Shown: positions 42,829 to 54,932 of the stretch, one piece after another
Layout: every line of letters starts with the position of its first letter
How positions within the stretch are numbered: position 1 is the first letter of the stretch
From: Anthoceros angustus
Lineage: Eukaryota > Plantae > Anthocerotophyta
Assembly (NCBI GenBank): GCA_010909165.1
Contig: MU008169.1
Location: 1,798,001-1,862,000, forward strand
Direction of reading: 5' to 3'
Length of the DNA: 64,000 nt
Position numbers and translations under genes: made by a program
The notes under the pieces: model-generated
Seen by the model: the letters and a program-made list of their open reading frames with translations, nothing else
What the model was told of the DNA's origin: nothing
Database searches by the model: none

Positions 42829-44931
42829 ATGGCGGCGTTGTCGCTCTCGGTGCCGCTGTCGTCCACGCTTGCAGCTAGGAACAGCTCTGTGCAGCAGGGC
42901 AGCTGCTCCACCTCCGCTATCGCATCCTCCTCACAATGTCGCCTGCCCTCTGCTCCTGCTCCAGATCATTCGCAGGTTTCCAGTCTCCTGTCCTTCGAGC
43001 CGAACTTATGGTGTTGTTATCGTACAATGTGTGTGTCAGTGACTGAATGTCCCTCTCGCCTCAAAATGCTGCTTGCTATGTACATAGCTTGCCATCAGGT
43101 GTCAGGGAAATGACGGCAACGCAGAGCAGGGTTCCTTTGGCCGGAGAGAGTTTGTGAGCTTGAGCGCCGCAGCAGTGGCAGTGAGTGTTCCATCACACCA
43201 TAATATTGGTGTTGCGTGTATAACCGCTGGTTTTGGGTTTTTCTCCAGTTGATGAATTGACACCGAATGCAGGGCGGAATATGGGGCGCTATAGCCGCTC
43301 CAGACCTTGCCAATGCAGCTGATTTGACGCAGAGATTACAGCGGGGCGAGTACTTGAGTGAGTTGAATCTCCTGTGCACTAGTTTTACCCCAGGGTCAGG
43401 GTCAGGGTGTTTTTGTACTTTGAACTGATGCACCTCCGTTCCTTCTTGTGGGAGTGGGAGTGCAGAGAGCGTCAAGGAGGCCCTGAGAGCGGCAATTAAG
43501 GTGAGAAAGTTTCGGAGGGTCTTTGTATCTGCCCTGTACAGTTTTGCACAGTGTTGATGTTCTAAACTAAGGGAGTCGTGGGTTGTGCAGGCCAATCCTG
43601 AGCTTGTCCCTTCTCTCCTCAAGCTAGCTCTCAACGATGCACTAACTTATGACAAGGTGGACCTCCGTCTTTACCACCTTTGGTTTCATCTTGCACTGCT
43701 GCATGGATTGCTGCCTACTGTCGTCCATGTTGTAGAGTTGGGATTTCGTTTGACAGAAGCGAGCTGATTGAAATTTTTGCATGGAAAGGCAACCAAGACC
43801 GGCGGAGCGAATGGTTCTATTAGATTCAGGTGGCCCACTTGTTTGCTTCCTTCTGAAGGTTTGAGATTGGAGCAGGGGAGCAGGGGAAGAGCACATAGAC
43901 CTGACCAGTGATCCTCGTATGTATGTCCACAGCTCAGAACTGAGCAGGCCAGAAAACAAAGGACTAGAAGGTGCTGTCAGCCTTCTGACAACTGTTAAGG
44001 AGCAGCTTGATGCTGAATCCCCAAATGGCCCCTTGGGCTGGGCTGATCTGATACAGTTAGGAGGTAGGCATGTTTGCCTTCTACCTTGTAACGTTAACGG
44101 TCCTGGACAGCAAACTCTAAAAGCTGGCCTGCGATCGTAATTGCAGGAGAATCTGCGTCCAAGAAATTATTTCTGGATGCTGCCATTGCCAAGGCCGGTG
44201 GTGACGAAAAAAAGGGGCTGACACTCTTCACAGCTTACGGATCAAATGGACAGGTATTTCCTTTCCCTGTCACAACTTTTTGTTTCGTTGTGCTTGTTAA
44301 TGCTGTCCGTCCCCCGCCGGTGACATAAGGTTACGGGTGTACTTGTTGCCAGTGGGGCTATTTTGAGAAGAACTTCGGCCGTAAAGATGCTACGGAGCCC
44401 GATCCAGAAGGCCGGGTCCCAGTTTGGGAGGATGCATCTGTCGCAGAGATCAAGCAAAAGTTTGCTCCCTACGGCTTAAAGCCCCGACAGGTATGTAGTA
44501 TGCATGCCCGGTGGATGCGTGGTAAGTTGACCAGAATAGATGCTCGAGGCGCTTACTTTACTGTTCGGCAATCCATCTCCCACAGATCACCGTTCTCGCT
44601 TCGTTTCTCGGTGATGATCCTACCGCCGTTGAAGAGAAGCTGGCAACAGACCCAGAGTTTCTTCCATGGATTGACAAGTACCGGAAGAGCAGGCAGACGG
44701 TATCAAGAACCGATTACGAGGTATTGTGTTTTTCTTTCCCCTACCTTGATGGGAGGAGCTCTAACCTAGCCTAGCCCCAAATCACTTGTGTAACATCTCA
44801 TGTCGGTGGATTGTGTCATCACCTTACAGGTAGACCTCATTTCTGCCTTCACGAACCTGAGCGTCCTGGGGCAAGTGATCAACTATGAAGCATACACCTT
44901 TGCTACACCCCCATTGAAACTCAGGTTTTAA
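42829..44931 (+). CDS. APX4: Thylakoid lumenal 29 kDa protein (TL29/APX4), multi-exon
   Basis: LIQRRQR, ANPELVPSLLKLALNDALTYDK, ATKTGGANGSIRF, ELSRPENKGL, WADLIQ, AYGSNGQWG.F...FGRKDA.EPDPEGRVP.W, WIDKY.KSRQTVSRTDYEVDLI.AFT.LS.LGQ.INYEAYT; stop 44929-44931. Confidence 0.92.
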
Positions 44932-45210
44932 GAAGCATCACAGGAGAAGAATCTCTCTTGTAACCACAGCAATATAACGAAGTTGAAACGTCCGTTGGGA
45001 TGTTCATATTCCATCTCTTCCGACTCACAGCTCGTCACCAAAAGACTCAGAGGATATGGAGACTACCGTGCCCTGTACAAGCAGAACTCGGAGGGAGACC
45101 AAGTAGTGTTTAGACGACCACAGGTCGCTCTACAAAATTGTATTCCAGGCTGTCCGCAATACTGAAGCTCGCATTTTACAGCCCCGTGACACCAGCCTTT
45201 CAGTACCACG

Positions 45211-46226
45211 CTAGAGCGAGCGCAGGAGCGTATCGGCATCGCTGACTTTGAACTCGCCTGGGTTTTCCTCCACATTCAAAACCATGACCTCCCCGTTCTC
45301 CACAAGCGCCGACCACCTAACACGGGACAAGACATATTGTTACAAATTAACTGACCAGATAAGATGGAAAATGGAACTGCAGTTTCCAAAAGATGAACCT
45401 GTTTGATCGATGACTGAGGAGAGCTTTGGTCAGATCAAAGCCCAAACCCAGAGACTCGTTGAACTCCCCTGAGTAGTCTCCGAAGAAGGAAATCTGTTCA
45501 TGCCATGGCAAAGCAGAAGGTGTGAAAGCGTATCCCTGCCATAACATCCCGACAGTCTTAACATGCCTAGGCAAAAACGCACCTTTCCTTTTGCACCAAG
45601 CTTCTCAGCCCAGGCGTTCATGGCATAGGGGTCATTCACAGAAACGCATATGATTTCATGGACACCTTTTTCCTTGAGTTTATCGGCTGCCTTCAAGTAG
45701 TTCGGCACATGCTGCTGTGAGCAGACTCCAGTAAAGGCACCCTGCATAACTCAAACCATAGTCCCAATTCATCCGTTTGCCTTGACCAGGTGGAAACACT
45801 GTTACCAACTCTTCAGTTCTGAAAACTTACAGGAACGCCGAAGATCACAACCTTCCTGTTCTGCAAACAAACATTCATTTGAGCAAAATCCGTCAGCTGC
45901 TCTCAGCTCGGATGGATGTGCTCCTACCTCGCCCGGCCCTAACACTTTCTTATCCAAGCCGAGCTCACAAACTAAGAATCGTCAACAACACTAACACTAG
46001 CTGCTTCAACTCGACTGCTAGCTCAATCAAATCAAGTGCTTGCCTTGAAAATGTCCGATATCGGCGTGGTGGCAAAGTTGGAGGAGACGCCTTCATCCCA
46101 GGTGCGGGCAGCGGCCAAGGCGATTGGGGCATCCAGGTCGATGCGCTTATGCCCTGAGCTGAAGTGCCTCACCTGGCCCAGCAGCGCACGGCCCTGCCTC
46201 AAGGAGGCAATCAGAGCTCCCGCCAT
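45211..46226 (-). CDS. PRXIIF: Mitochondrial type II peroxiredoxin F, multi-exon
   Basis: AARTWDEGVSSNFATTPISDIFK, GRKVVIFGVP, GAFTGVCSQQHVPNY, ICVSVNDPYAMNAWAEKL, FFGD.SGEF..SLGL..DL, VLNVEE.PGEFKVSDADTLL*; stop 45211-45213. Confidence 0.95.
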
Positions 46227-46808
46227 CGCTGATTTCTGCTCTGAGGTCGCAACCAGATCGGAAAAACTTTCTGAGTAATTCGCGTCTCAGCACCGGATTA
46301 CTCGACGTGTGAGAGCACTGTCGCTGATCAGAGCTGGAGAGAAGCGCGGTAAATCTCGCTCGCAAGGTTTTACTGCTTTACCTCGGGTTTCACCATGGTG
46401 AGAAATGCCGGAACCTACCTTCCGAGTCACGCCTTCACAGGATGTGCACGTTGGAATCTCGGCCTCCCGGCTCAAGGATCGTGGTGTTGGTGGCGAAGGT
46501 CATGCGGAGAATAGCATGACGCAGTGGAGGAGTTTGTTGTTCCATGCTATGCTGTTTGTGTGGTGACCTGCTGCATCTACGCAAGGAAGGATGTGTTGCT
46601 CAAGGGATGTTGATGCCGAAGATGCAGGGATACGGGGGTTGGGCTGATCTGTGGGCAGCAGCTTGTGGAAGCGGATTGCATGGAGGACGACGACCTGGAA
46701 TATTTGTCCGCTGACGACGGCAGCTTGTGCTTGAGGTGCCTTGAAGAGGATGCTCTGGCGGGTCTTTTGGATTTCGATTTCTTGCTTTTGACGGCCGTGG
46801 AGAGGAAG

Positions 46809-47965
46809 ATGAGTAGCGGACTGGAGGCAGAGGCACCAGATTGGGCTGATCTCACGCACGAGGCCTTGGTGGAGATTTTCAAGAGGTTGGGGTTTGAGGA
46901 CAGATATGTCACGGTTCCCCAAGTGTGTAAGGCTTGGCTTGCAGCTGTTCGGGATGCTGCGTGTTTTGAGGTGGTGGATATGTCAGAATTGTTTGCCACC
47001 AGGCAGGAGTCGCGGCGTTGGTGGCAGCCTGACTTTGAAGAGAAGGTGGACCATATGGTCATAACTCTGGTCGATCGCACCGCTGGTTGCATGAAAGAAC
47101 TTCGGACCTCGCATTGCTCCGATGTCGCAATCACCTACGTTGCCCAAAGGTTGTTGCTTCTAGGTGGTAGATGCAATCGCTGTGTGAACAGTTGTCGTTT
47201 TGCTCTTTTTTTCTTTGCGCTTGGGATGAGATCCTTGACCTGAGTCGGGTGTGAGGCTAGGGGTGCTGGCGCTGCTTTTGTTGAAAGTTCTGAATTTTTT
47301 TTGTGTGAGCTTACCTGCACCATGGGGAAAGGCAAATGGCTGGACTCACGTACAGCTGCCCTCCCAAGTTGAAGTTGCTGGCTGTGCTGCGCAGATGTCC
47401 ACGGCTGGAAGTTCTATCCATACCTTCCAGCATTGGGGTGACTGACTCCTCGCTCAAACAGATCGCCATGGGATGTTTGAGGCTGCACACTCTGGACATC
47501 AGTGAGTGCCTGTATGTATCAGAGGATTCTTTGCAGCATTTTGGTGACTCGATTATGGTGCTAAAGCGGAATATGCTAAACGTGGAAGACGACAGAAGAA
47601 GGGGCATGTTGCCAATACCTTATTCCCAGATGTGTCACTACGCACAAAGCGGGGACAAAGAAGCTCAGCTTTTCGCCGCTTCGATGCCAAAGTTGAAGCA
47701 TTTGGAGATGAGGCATACCAAGCTGTCAGATGATGGTCTCAGTCTCCTAGCTGAGCGTTGTGGGGACTTAGAGTACTTGGACCTGCTTTGGTCAACCAGC
47801 CTGACCAGACGCGGATGGCTTCTAGCTAAGGAGAGGCTTAAGAAACTCAAGGTGTTTCTGTATCCCAACCTTCCTCAAGTTCGGCCTCTGCACCTTGTTC
47901 CGCGACAATATGGGCACTGGCAGCTATACAATGAGCGGTTTGAGAACGAATATCCTGAGTTCTGA
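46809..47965 (+). CDS. F-box/LRR protein, SKIP1-like, 2 exons (alternative upstream ATG at 46680)
   Basis: F-box DWADLTHEALVEIFKRL...VPQVCKAW, WW.PDFEEKVDHMV, HCSD, AMN1-type repeats, Q.GD.EA..FA..MP.LKHLE, C-terminal YGHWQLYNERF. The start of track ORF 47336 lies in the intron. Confidence 0.85.
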
Positions 47966-48426
47966 ATCGGCAGGTACTAGACTAGGTTGATTTCTCCCCA
48001 ATCCGGTTGCCAAGGTTCCAAGCAATGGGGTTCGTCCAGCTTCAGACGAACACCAGCCATAGTGCTTCGCTCTCTTGTACCGGCGAAAGGAGTTTGCATG
48101 CAACCCTTCCTGTTGCACTGTTTCGAGGGCACTACTGTACAGGCAGGACCTTAGAGTCCCAACTAGGTACATATGTACATACATTCTACAGAAATGGTAC
48201 TGTTTCCAGCGTATTATTGCATAGGCAGGACTGCCACAGGCTCGACTAACGTGCTAGTTATAGATTGTGAAGAGTATTTCATGATACATAAGAATGCATC
48301 TGTCCGGCAGGTGCTTTTTCTGGTATGTGGAGATTGATGAGTGTGCGACCAATGGATTTCACTATTTACACAGATCTCACCTTTGGGGCAATTGATCTAG
48401 AGCTAACTGGGTCCACACAACTCCCA

Positions 48427-51117
48427 TCAAGGCAAGTTCTTGAAAGAACATCCTTTATCACAATTCTGCTGGTGCGTTCGCAATAGATGCTCATCGCAAC
48501 CTTTGTAATCTGACACCCGATTGCATTTGTCAAAATTTTGAACAGCCTCCCGCTCAGAATCCACTGCTGGCGAGCTCCTACTCTGAGCCTGTAAGGGGGG
48601 AGCTTGAAGCCGGAGGTTGCTCCTTGCCACTACGTCCAATGTCATGTCAAAGTTGTCAGCATCTGTCACAGAAGGACTTACTGGAACCAAGTAACTTACT
48701 TTGAACTGCAACGAAATGCAGAGAGCCTGTCCAGCGACCCCTATTTTGAGCCTTCATGAAACAACTCTTCAGATGCTATACCCAGCGCTGAAGGAAGTGT
48801 GGATGCGGATGACCCTCGGAAAGTGAACCTGGGGGAGGTGTGCAAAGTTATTCCATGCAAGATAACTGCTAGCAAAGTCATACCGTGAGCAAGATGACTG
48901 AAAGCAAGCGGATAGAATAGGAGGGACTTACTGACATGACCTACTCGCAGGAGTGCTATCTATGTTAAACTCGGCTACTACTCCCCCGCTTGCTCTCACC
49001 ATAGGTGCATATAATGCTGCAGGCTGCAGATGGAAATCAACACGGCGAGGATTCAGATTCCTGACTCTGAACTTGCATGCTAAGGACCGACCGTACATGG
49101 GAATGGTTCTTACATGGACAACGGCTGAAGTTCCCACCACAAGCAGAAGCTTGCATCCTTGCAGCGCTTTGTCAGCTTGGTTGATAACCTCCTCATCAAG
49201 ACACTCGTTGAACCACACAACATGAGGTCTCAGCAAGCCATTGCATGTCTTGCATCGAGGGAGCTCTGTTGTGGGTATTTTGGCATCTACAGAATTTGGA
49301 TCTGGAGCCCCTACATCAAACAGCCAGGGGCAGATTATTCCTAACCTGCAAACTAATAAGTGTTCTTTCGACAATCCATTGGAACTAGAACGTGTGAAGC
49401 ACACTTTGCCGTCAAGTGCCGGGCAGATGGGCATGTCCTGATTCTCCCGCACATCTCCACAGTGGCAGCACCTAGTCTGAGCCTGTAAGGGGAGCTTGAA
49501 GCCGGAGGTTGCTCCTTGCCACTACGTCCAATGTCATGTCAAAGTTGTCAGCATCTGTCACAGAAGGACTTACTGGAACCAAGTAACTTACTTTGAACTG
49601 CAACGAAATGCAGAGAGCCTGTCCAGCGACCCCTATTTTGAGCCTTCATGAAACAACTCTTCAGATGCTATACCCAGCGCTGAAGGAAGTGTGGATGCGG
49701 ATGACCCTCGGAAAGTGAACCTGGGGGAGGTGTGCAAAGTTATTCCATGCAAGATAACTGCTAGCAAAGTCATACCGTGAGCAAGATGACTGAAAGCAAG
49801 CGGATAGAATAGGAGGGACTTACTGACATGACCTACTCGCAGGAGTGCTATCTATGTTAAACTCGGCTACTACTCCCCGCTTGCTCTCACCATAGGTGCA
49901 TATAATGCTGCAGGCTGCAGATGGAAATCAACACGGCGAGGATTCAGATTCCTGACTCTGAACTTGCATGCTAAGGACCGACCGTACATGGGAATGGTTC
50001 TTACATGGACAACGGCTGAAGTTCCCACCACAAGCAGAAGCTTGCATCCTTGCAGCGCTTTGTCAGCTTGGTTGATAACCTCCTCATCAAGACACTCGTT
50101 GAACCACACAACATGAGGTCTCAGCAAGCCATTGCATGTCTTGCATCGAGGGAGCTCTGTTGTGGGTATTTTGGCATCTACAGAATTTGGATCTGGAGCC
50201 CCCTACATCAAACAGCCAGGGGCAGATTATTCCTAACCTGCAAACTAATAAGTGTTCTTTCGACAATCCATTGGAACTAGAACGTGTGAAGCACACTTTG
50301 CCGTCAAGTGCCGGGCAGATGGGCATGTCCCGATTCTCCCGCACATCTCCACAGTGGCAGCACCTAGTCTTCCAGAGGGAACCATGCAGCTCCACAACGT
50401 CATTGCTGCCCGCTTTCAAGTGAAGTCCGTCAATGTTCTGCAGCACAGAGTTTTAAAAGTATCATCCATCATCTCTCTAAGCTGAAGGTCGAAGTGCAAT
50501 CCAAGAAAGGGCCCCAGTCCCACGCTGGAAAGGGAGGAGAGTTTTAGCTGCGTCAAGAGCCTAAACTCTTGGCCGTCTCTCTCACACCTTCTCTGAAGTG
50601 CTGCGAGCGCAAAATGCCCAGCATTTGGAGTAGCCCTTGACACAACGCATCTGATCCCAGCCAGAGTAAGTGTCCTGCCCCTTGGAAATCCCTACTCAAC
50701 TCGTCTCGAGGGTATGGAGTTCAGACCTTCTGTAATGGTAGAACTCCCAGACTAAAGACGGGTTTGCTGCAAAAGCTTGAGGTGTAGCAAGACTCTGCAC
50801 ATAACAACATAACAGCCCTGTAACAGTACCATGCCAACCTGCACACTTCAATCAGGGCTGGTCCAGCATGCGAGAGTGAGAACTCACCATGACATCCCAA
50901 TCACGCCACAGCCCGCCTGCTCCCCTGAAAGTAGGGATTCCAGATTCTGCTGAAATGCCAGCTCCTGTCAAAACGGCAATTTTCTGCAACAATAAAGCGC
51001 GCTCATTGAACCCATGCTGCCCCATAAATACCATCTCTCCCTTCCATCTCTATAGCAATTTCCTACCGATGCATTCGCCAGCGCCATAGTGAAGTCCACG
51101 GCATCAGCTGCCATCAT
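48427..51117 (-). CDS. SIRT5: Class III sirtuin (SIRT5/CobB-like NAD-dependent desuccinylase/deacylase), multi-exon; spans an internal duplication
   Basis: [126 protein letters not shown]. The start (MMAADAVDF at 51117) and the last exon are tentative. Confidence 0.9.
48582..50367. repeat. Tandem duplication (~893 bp x2) inside the sirtuin gene
   Basis: 48582-49475 and 49476-50367 are near-identical. Breakpoints share CCTA(C/G)TCT (48577, 49471, 50363). Differences seen are homopolymer indels and one C/T substitution. Confidence 0.92.
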
Positions 51118-53449
51118 GAGAGACCTGGGTAGCAAGCTGCATAACAGAACAGAGAACCCATGGTACAGCTCCTCATCCATCCCCCAGTGCACACGATCAT
51201 GGCATCAGACAACGATATAACAAAAGATCTTGATAGCCGAAATTGGTATCCGAATGTTTGGCAGACCTCAGCTGCAAGTGGATGGCAGCTCTCCAGCACC
51301 GGCTGGAACCCCATCCCCATATCATTCTTAAAGGTACCATGGAGTTCTCCCACAAATCAGATCACGTAAGCAATTCGATCCTGAACTCACCTATGGAAGA
51401 GTAAAACCCACCTGTTGTTCACAAGACTCATGGGTTAGAATCATTTCGCATGAGCCATGAGCCCATGAGCCGGGCCGGGCCCGGTGTTCTAGTAAATGAC
51501 GAAAATCTCAAACGCGCGTTTTCTAAAACCATAACCAGCCGTTACCGGGCGTCGATCTCACGAAGAGAAGAAGAAGAAGAAGAAAGAATTTTATTTAAGG
51601 AAGTTGCAATATGTTTTAAGTTGGATCACTGCAAACCGGGGCAGCTAGTGCTTGAGCAGACCTGATCAGGCCCGGCGATGGCGGCGCAAGAATGCTTCTC
51701 TCTCCTTGCTCAAACATCCGGCAAGGTTATGCGTCTTATTTCCTGTTCCTGCCTTATACAACAAACAGAGGGGACCCCTTGCCAGTGACGAGGGTTTAAT
51801 CACCATTCTTCCTAGGAGCATCCTTCCTTAGGGAAACTTTCCTGACTGTTGAGCCTTGGCTAGCAAAGCACGGCTGCTCAGGTTCAGCGAGTAGCTAAAG
51901 TCGTTAGCGATGTTGAGAGCTCGTGGAATACGACGGCTTGAAGCCAGCAGCCAACTGCCCTGCCCGCGATGGTCCGGTCACTGCGGAGGTCGATCTGCCT
52001 TGATCGACCGCTAAACTTGATCAGGCATCCATCAAGCTGGAGCTCCAACTGGCCGCACCGAGCTAGCTGGTGCTCCCCTCCCGATCAGAAAAAAAATAGA
52101 AGTACAACAATCTCCTTTCTGACGAGATCCGCACGCCATAGGCGTCACAAGAGGTGTCCGGATCTTTTTGTGGTGATGGATACATTGTAGCGGCCAACCA
52201 ACTTCCAATTTATTATTAATAGATTTTTATGATTAATTACGTTGCAAGATGTTATAATTCAGTTGTAATTCACCGGGTAAGATCGTAAGATCCTCGTTGT
52301 TAAGTACCCGGTCTCCACAGCAATGATGACTTGATGATGTGGCCCCAAACCTAGCACCCAACCTATTTACAATGAACCTATGATTTAGGACATAAACTGG
52401 TACAAGTGATATAAGTTTTTACTATTTTACAAGATAGATTAAATTATTTTATTTACATTTATCAACTACGATGTAAAATACCTTCCTCCTCCTCTTCCAA
52501 AGTGATTCCATGCTTGCACCTCTCATTTGCTGCTTTCTTTCTCCTTTGAGAAAGCCGAAAATTGTAGCAGTGTGCAAGTCTTAGCAGCTTCTTGCCTCCT
52601 TTCTTTCAATTTCTCGGCTTGCTTATTCTCGTGACCTGGTTGCTCTCCCTCCTTCATGCTTTCCTCAATCAGTTTGTCTTCTTGCTCCTTGTCCTCTTGC
52701 TTGGGTCGTGCTTACTACGCTTCCTCTTCTAATTGTTCTCACTCATCACCTACCCGCTCAGCTTTGGGTTGTCACCTGTCCGATGCTCCGATGGTTTCGA
52801 GCTTGCCTCTATTTCCAATGTCTAGTGGGAATCAAAAATTCCGTCAAATGACGATGCTCCCTGCTCCCTCGCCCTTGTTGCGTTCCTCATTTTGCTTGCT
52901 TCTTCTTCCACTTGGTGTTTAATTACTGCAGCGTGCGCGCGACAATTAAACACAAGGACGAAAGGTTGCACGTGCGACCCATTTCACTTGGGGTTTCCCA
53001 TCCGGCGCATTTTGTCTTGTTGGACTAGTATTTTTGTGGAAGGGGTCGACGGTAGAGTTGGTTAAGTAATTGTCATTGGTTCCAACTCAATTTATGGGGA
53101 ATGAGCTTTGTCTTCACTTGGCTGGAAACATCATTCATCTAAAAGTCTTTATCAAAGGAATTGCACAAAAAAAAGGACATTCGTATGAAAAAGGATTATC
53201 TAGGATTCCTTGTACCTATCCAAATTTGCTCAGATCCCTTCTTTTGACACCAAATCTTCTTCGGCTTAGACCCTATCCTCGTGAATGTCGTGACCAAATT
53301 TACTAGGTCACAGTTTTGGACTTGGCTAAATAACTGTTTTATGGTACATATTGTATTTTGACCCGTATCAAGGGTTTTTTTTTTCCCTTTTTCTAAGAGA
53401 TATTGTTAGCCTGCAACCTCTAGAGCCTTCTTCAACAAAACCTTGTGGC

Positions 53450-54061
53450 AGCAAAGTATGGCGCATACATGGAATTACCAGACTTTAGGGCAAGTATAGC
53501 AACCTGATGAACTTCAAAGAGGACACTGAATGCCTTTTTCTTCTCCATCAAAACCAATAAGAAAGATTCGGGCAATGCAAGAGTAGTGCCTATAAAATGA
53601 TACGCCGAATTTCAAACATGATCACCCTGGGAGTAAGATGGCAAAGCAGTTCACCATCGCTAGTGGCGTCCACTCCTACATCAATTTGAAAGTGACATCC
53701 AGACTGAAAAATGGGCAGAAAAGCACTATGCATTTGCAATTCCCGGACCATCTTAACCACCTTGCGATCATCCTCAACACCAATAACTCTCTCCGTTTGG
53801 TGTATAAAATTGAAATCCGTCAGTTGCGATAGAGTAGCTTTTGACAGCTAGGGAATAAAAAAACTTGTTGATGAGACCCATTGTGAAGATCTTCTTCACC
53901 TTGCATTGTTCCGTGTCATCTTTAAGAGGCAGCAAAAGCATCAACCATCCTCGCCCCAATCCTAGCTGACTCTCTAAGCATTTGCTTAGCATTGCTTACA
54001 AAGTCCCCTTCAACTCCTCTTCATCAAAATAGCTTAACACAAAATCACGTCTGATCAACTC
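53450..54061 (-). pseudogene. Decayed coding relic with a SWIM-like motif (possible MULE-type transposase); continues at 60680-61130
   Basis: The minus strand gives QCP..GCYTCPKVW*FHVCA and other stop-ridden coding-like stretches. The sequence is interrupted exactly at the Copia target site. Confidence 0.35.
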
Positions 54062-54311
54062 TATAAGCGTATTAAAGCCCAATGTACTTAGACTAATACG
54101 CTTAGTCTAAGTTAGGTGTCATTAGTTTAGCTGAAGCTAATAACTAGGAAGCTTCTTCTTGTGCTCCTTCCTAGGGGCTTCTTGTGGAGCTTCCTAGGAG
54201 CCTATTGGAGGTATAAATACCCCCAGAGCCCTCATCTCAATGAGAGAGATATATTTGCTTCCTCCTCTCCTCTCCTCTTTCCACCATCATGGGCTGCCAC
54301 ACGATCCTTCA
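54062..54311 (+). repeat. 5' LTR of the Copia element
   Basis: TA...CA (TG mutated), TATAAATA box, matches 60430-60679. Confidence 0.93.
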
Positions 54312-54313
54312 AC

Positions 54314-54325
54314 TAGTATCAGAGC
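54314..54325 (+). promoter_or_regulatory. Primer-binding site (tRNA-iMet type, one mismatch)
   Basis: TAGTATCAGAGC 2 nt after the 5' LTR; the canonical form is TGGTATCAGAGC. Confidence 0.85.
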
Positions 54326-54395
54326 TTTGGTCTGGTTGTGGTGTGATGCTAGAATTTTCTAGTGCGGCGGCTCGTGGAATTGCAGTGATCCATAT

Positions 54396-54932
54396 CGCGG
54401 CGAGGCGCGAGCGCGCGGGCGAGGCGCGGGCGAGGCGCGAGGGCGGAGGCCGCGAGCGGGCGAGGCCGCAGCGGGCGAGGCCGCGAGCGGGCGGAGGCCG
54501 CGGCGCGCAGCCGCGCGGCGCGCGGCGCGCAGCCGCGGCGCGCGGCGCGGCGCGGCGGCGCGGCGGCGCGCGGCCGCACGCGCGCGCGGCGCGGCGGCGC
54601 GCAGCCGCGCGGCGGCGCGCAGCCGCGCGGGCGAGGCCGCGGCGCGGGCGGTGGCCGTGGGAGCGGCGGAGGCCGCGAGCGGGCGAGCGCGCGGCCGCGC
54701 GGCGCGGGCGAGGCGCGGCGCGGCGGCGCGGCGCGCGGCGGCGCGCAGCCGCGGCGGCCGCGGCGCGGCGCGCAGCCGCAGCGCGCGCGGGCGAGGTCAC
54801 CGCGGCGTGAGGCGCGGGCGGTGGCCGCGGGCGAGCGCGCGAGAACCGTGGGCGCCAAGAACCTGCGCCGAAATAAGCGCGGTGCGGCGGCGCGCGGCGC
54901 GGCGGCGAGGCCGCGAGCGGGCGAGGCGCGGC
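54396..54932. repeat. Almost pure G/C low-complexity tract in the Copia leader
   Basis: Mixture of GCGCG/GGCGC and CGAGCGGGCG(G)AGGCCG units with almost no T. Confidence 0.8.
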
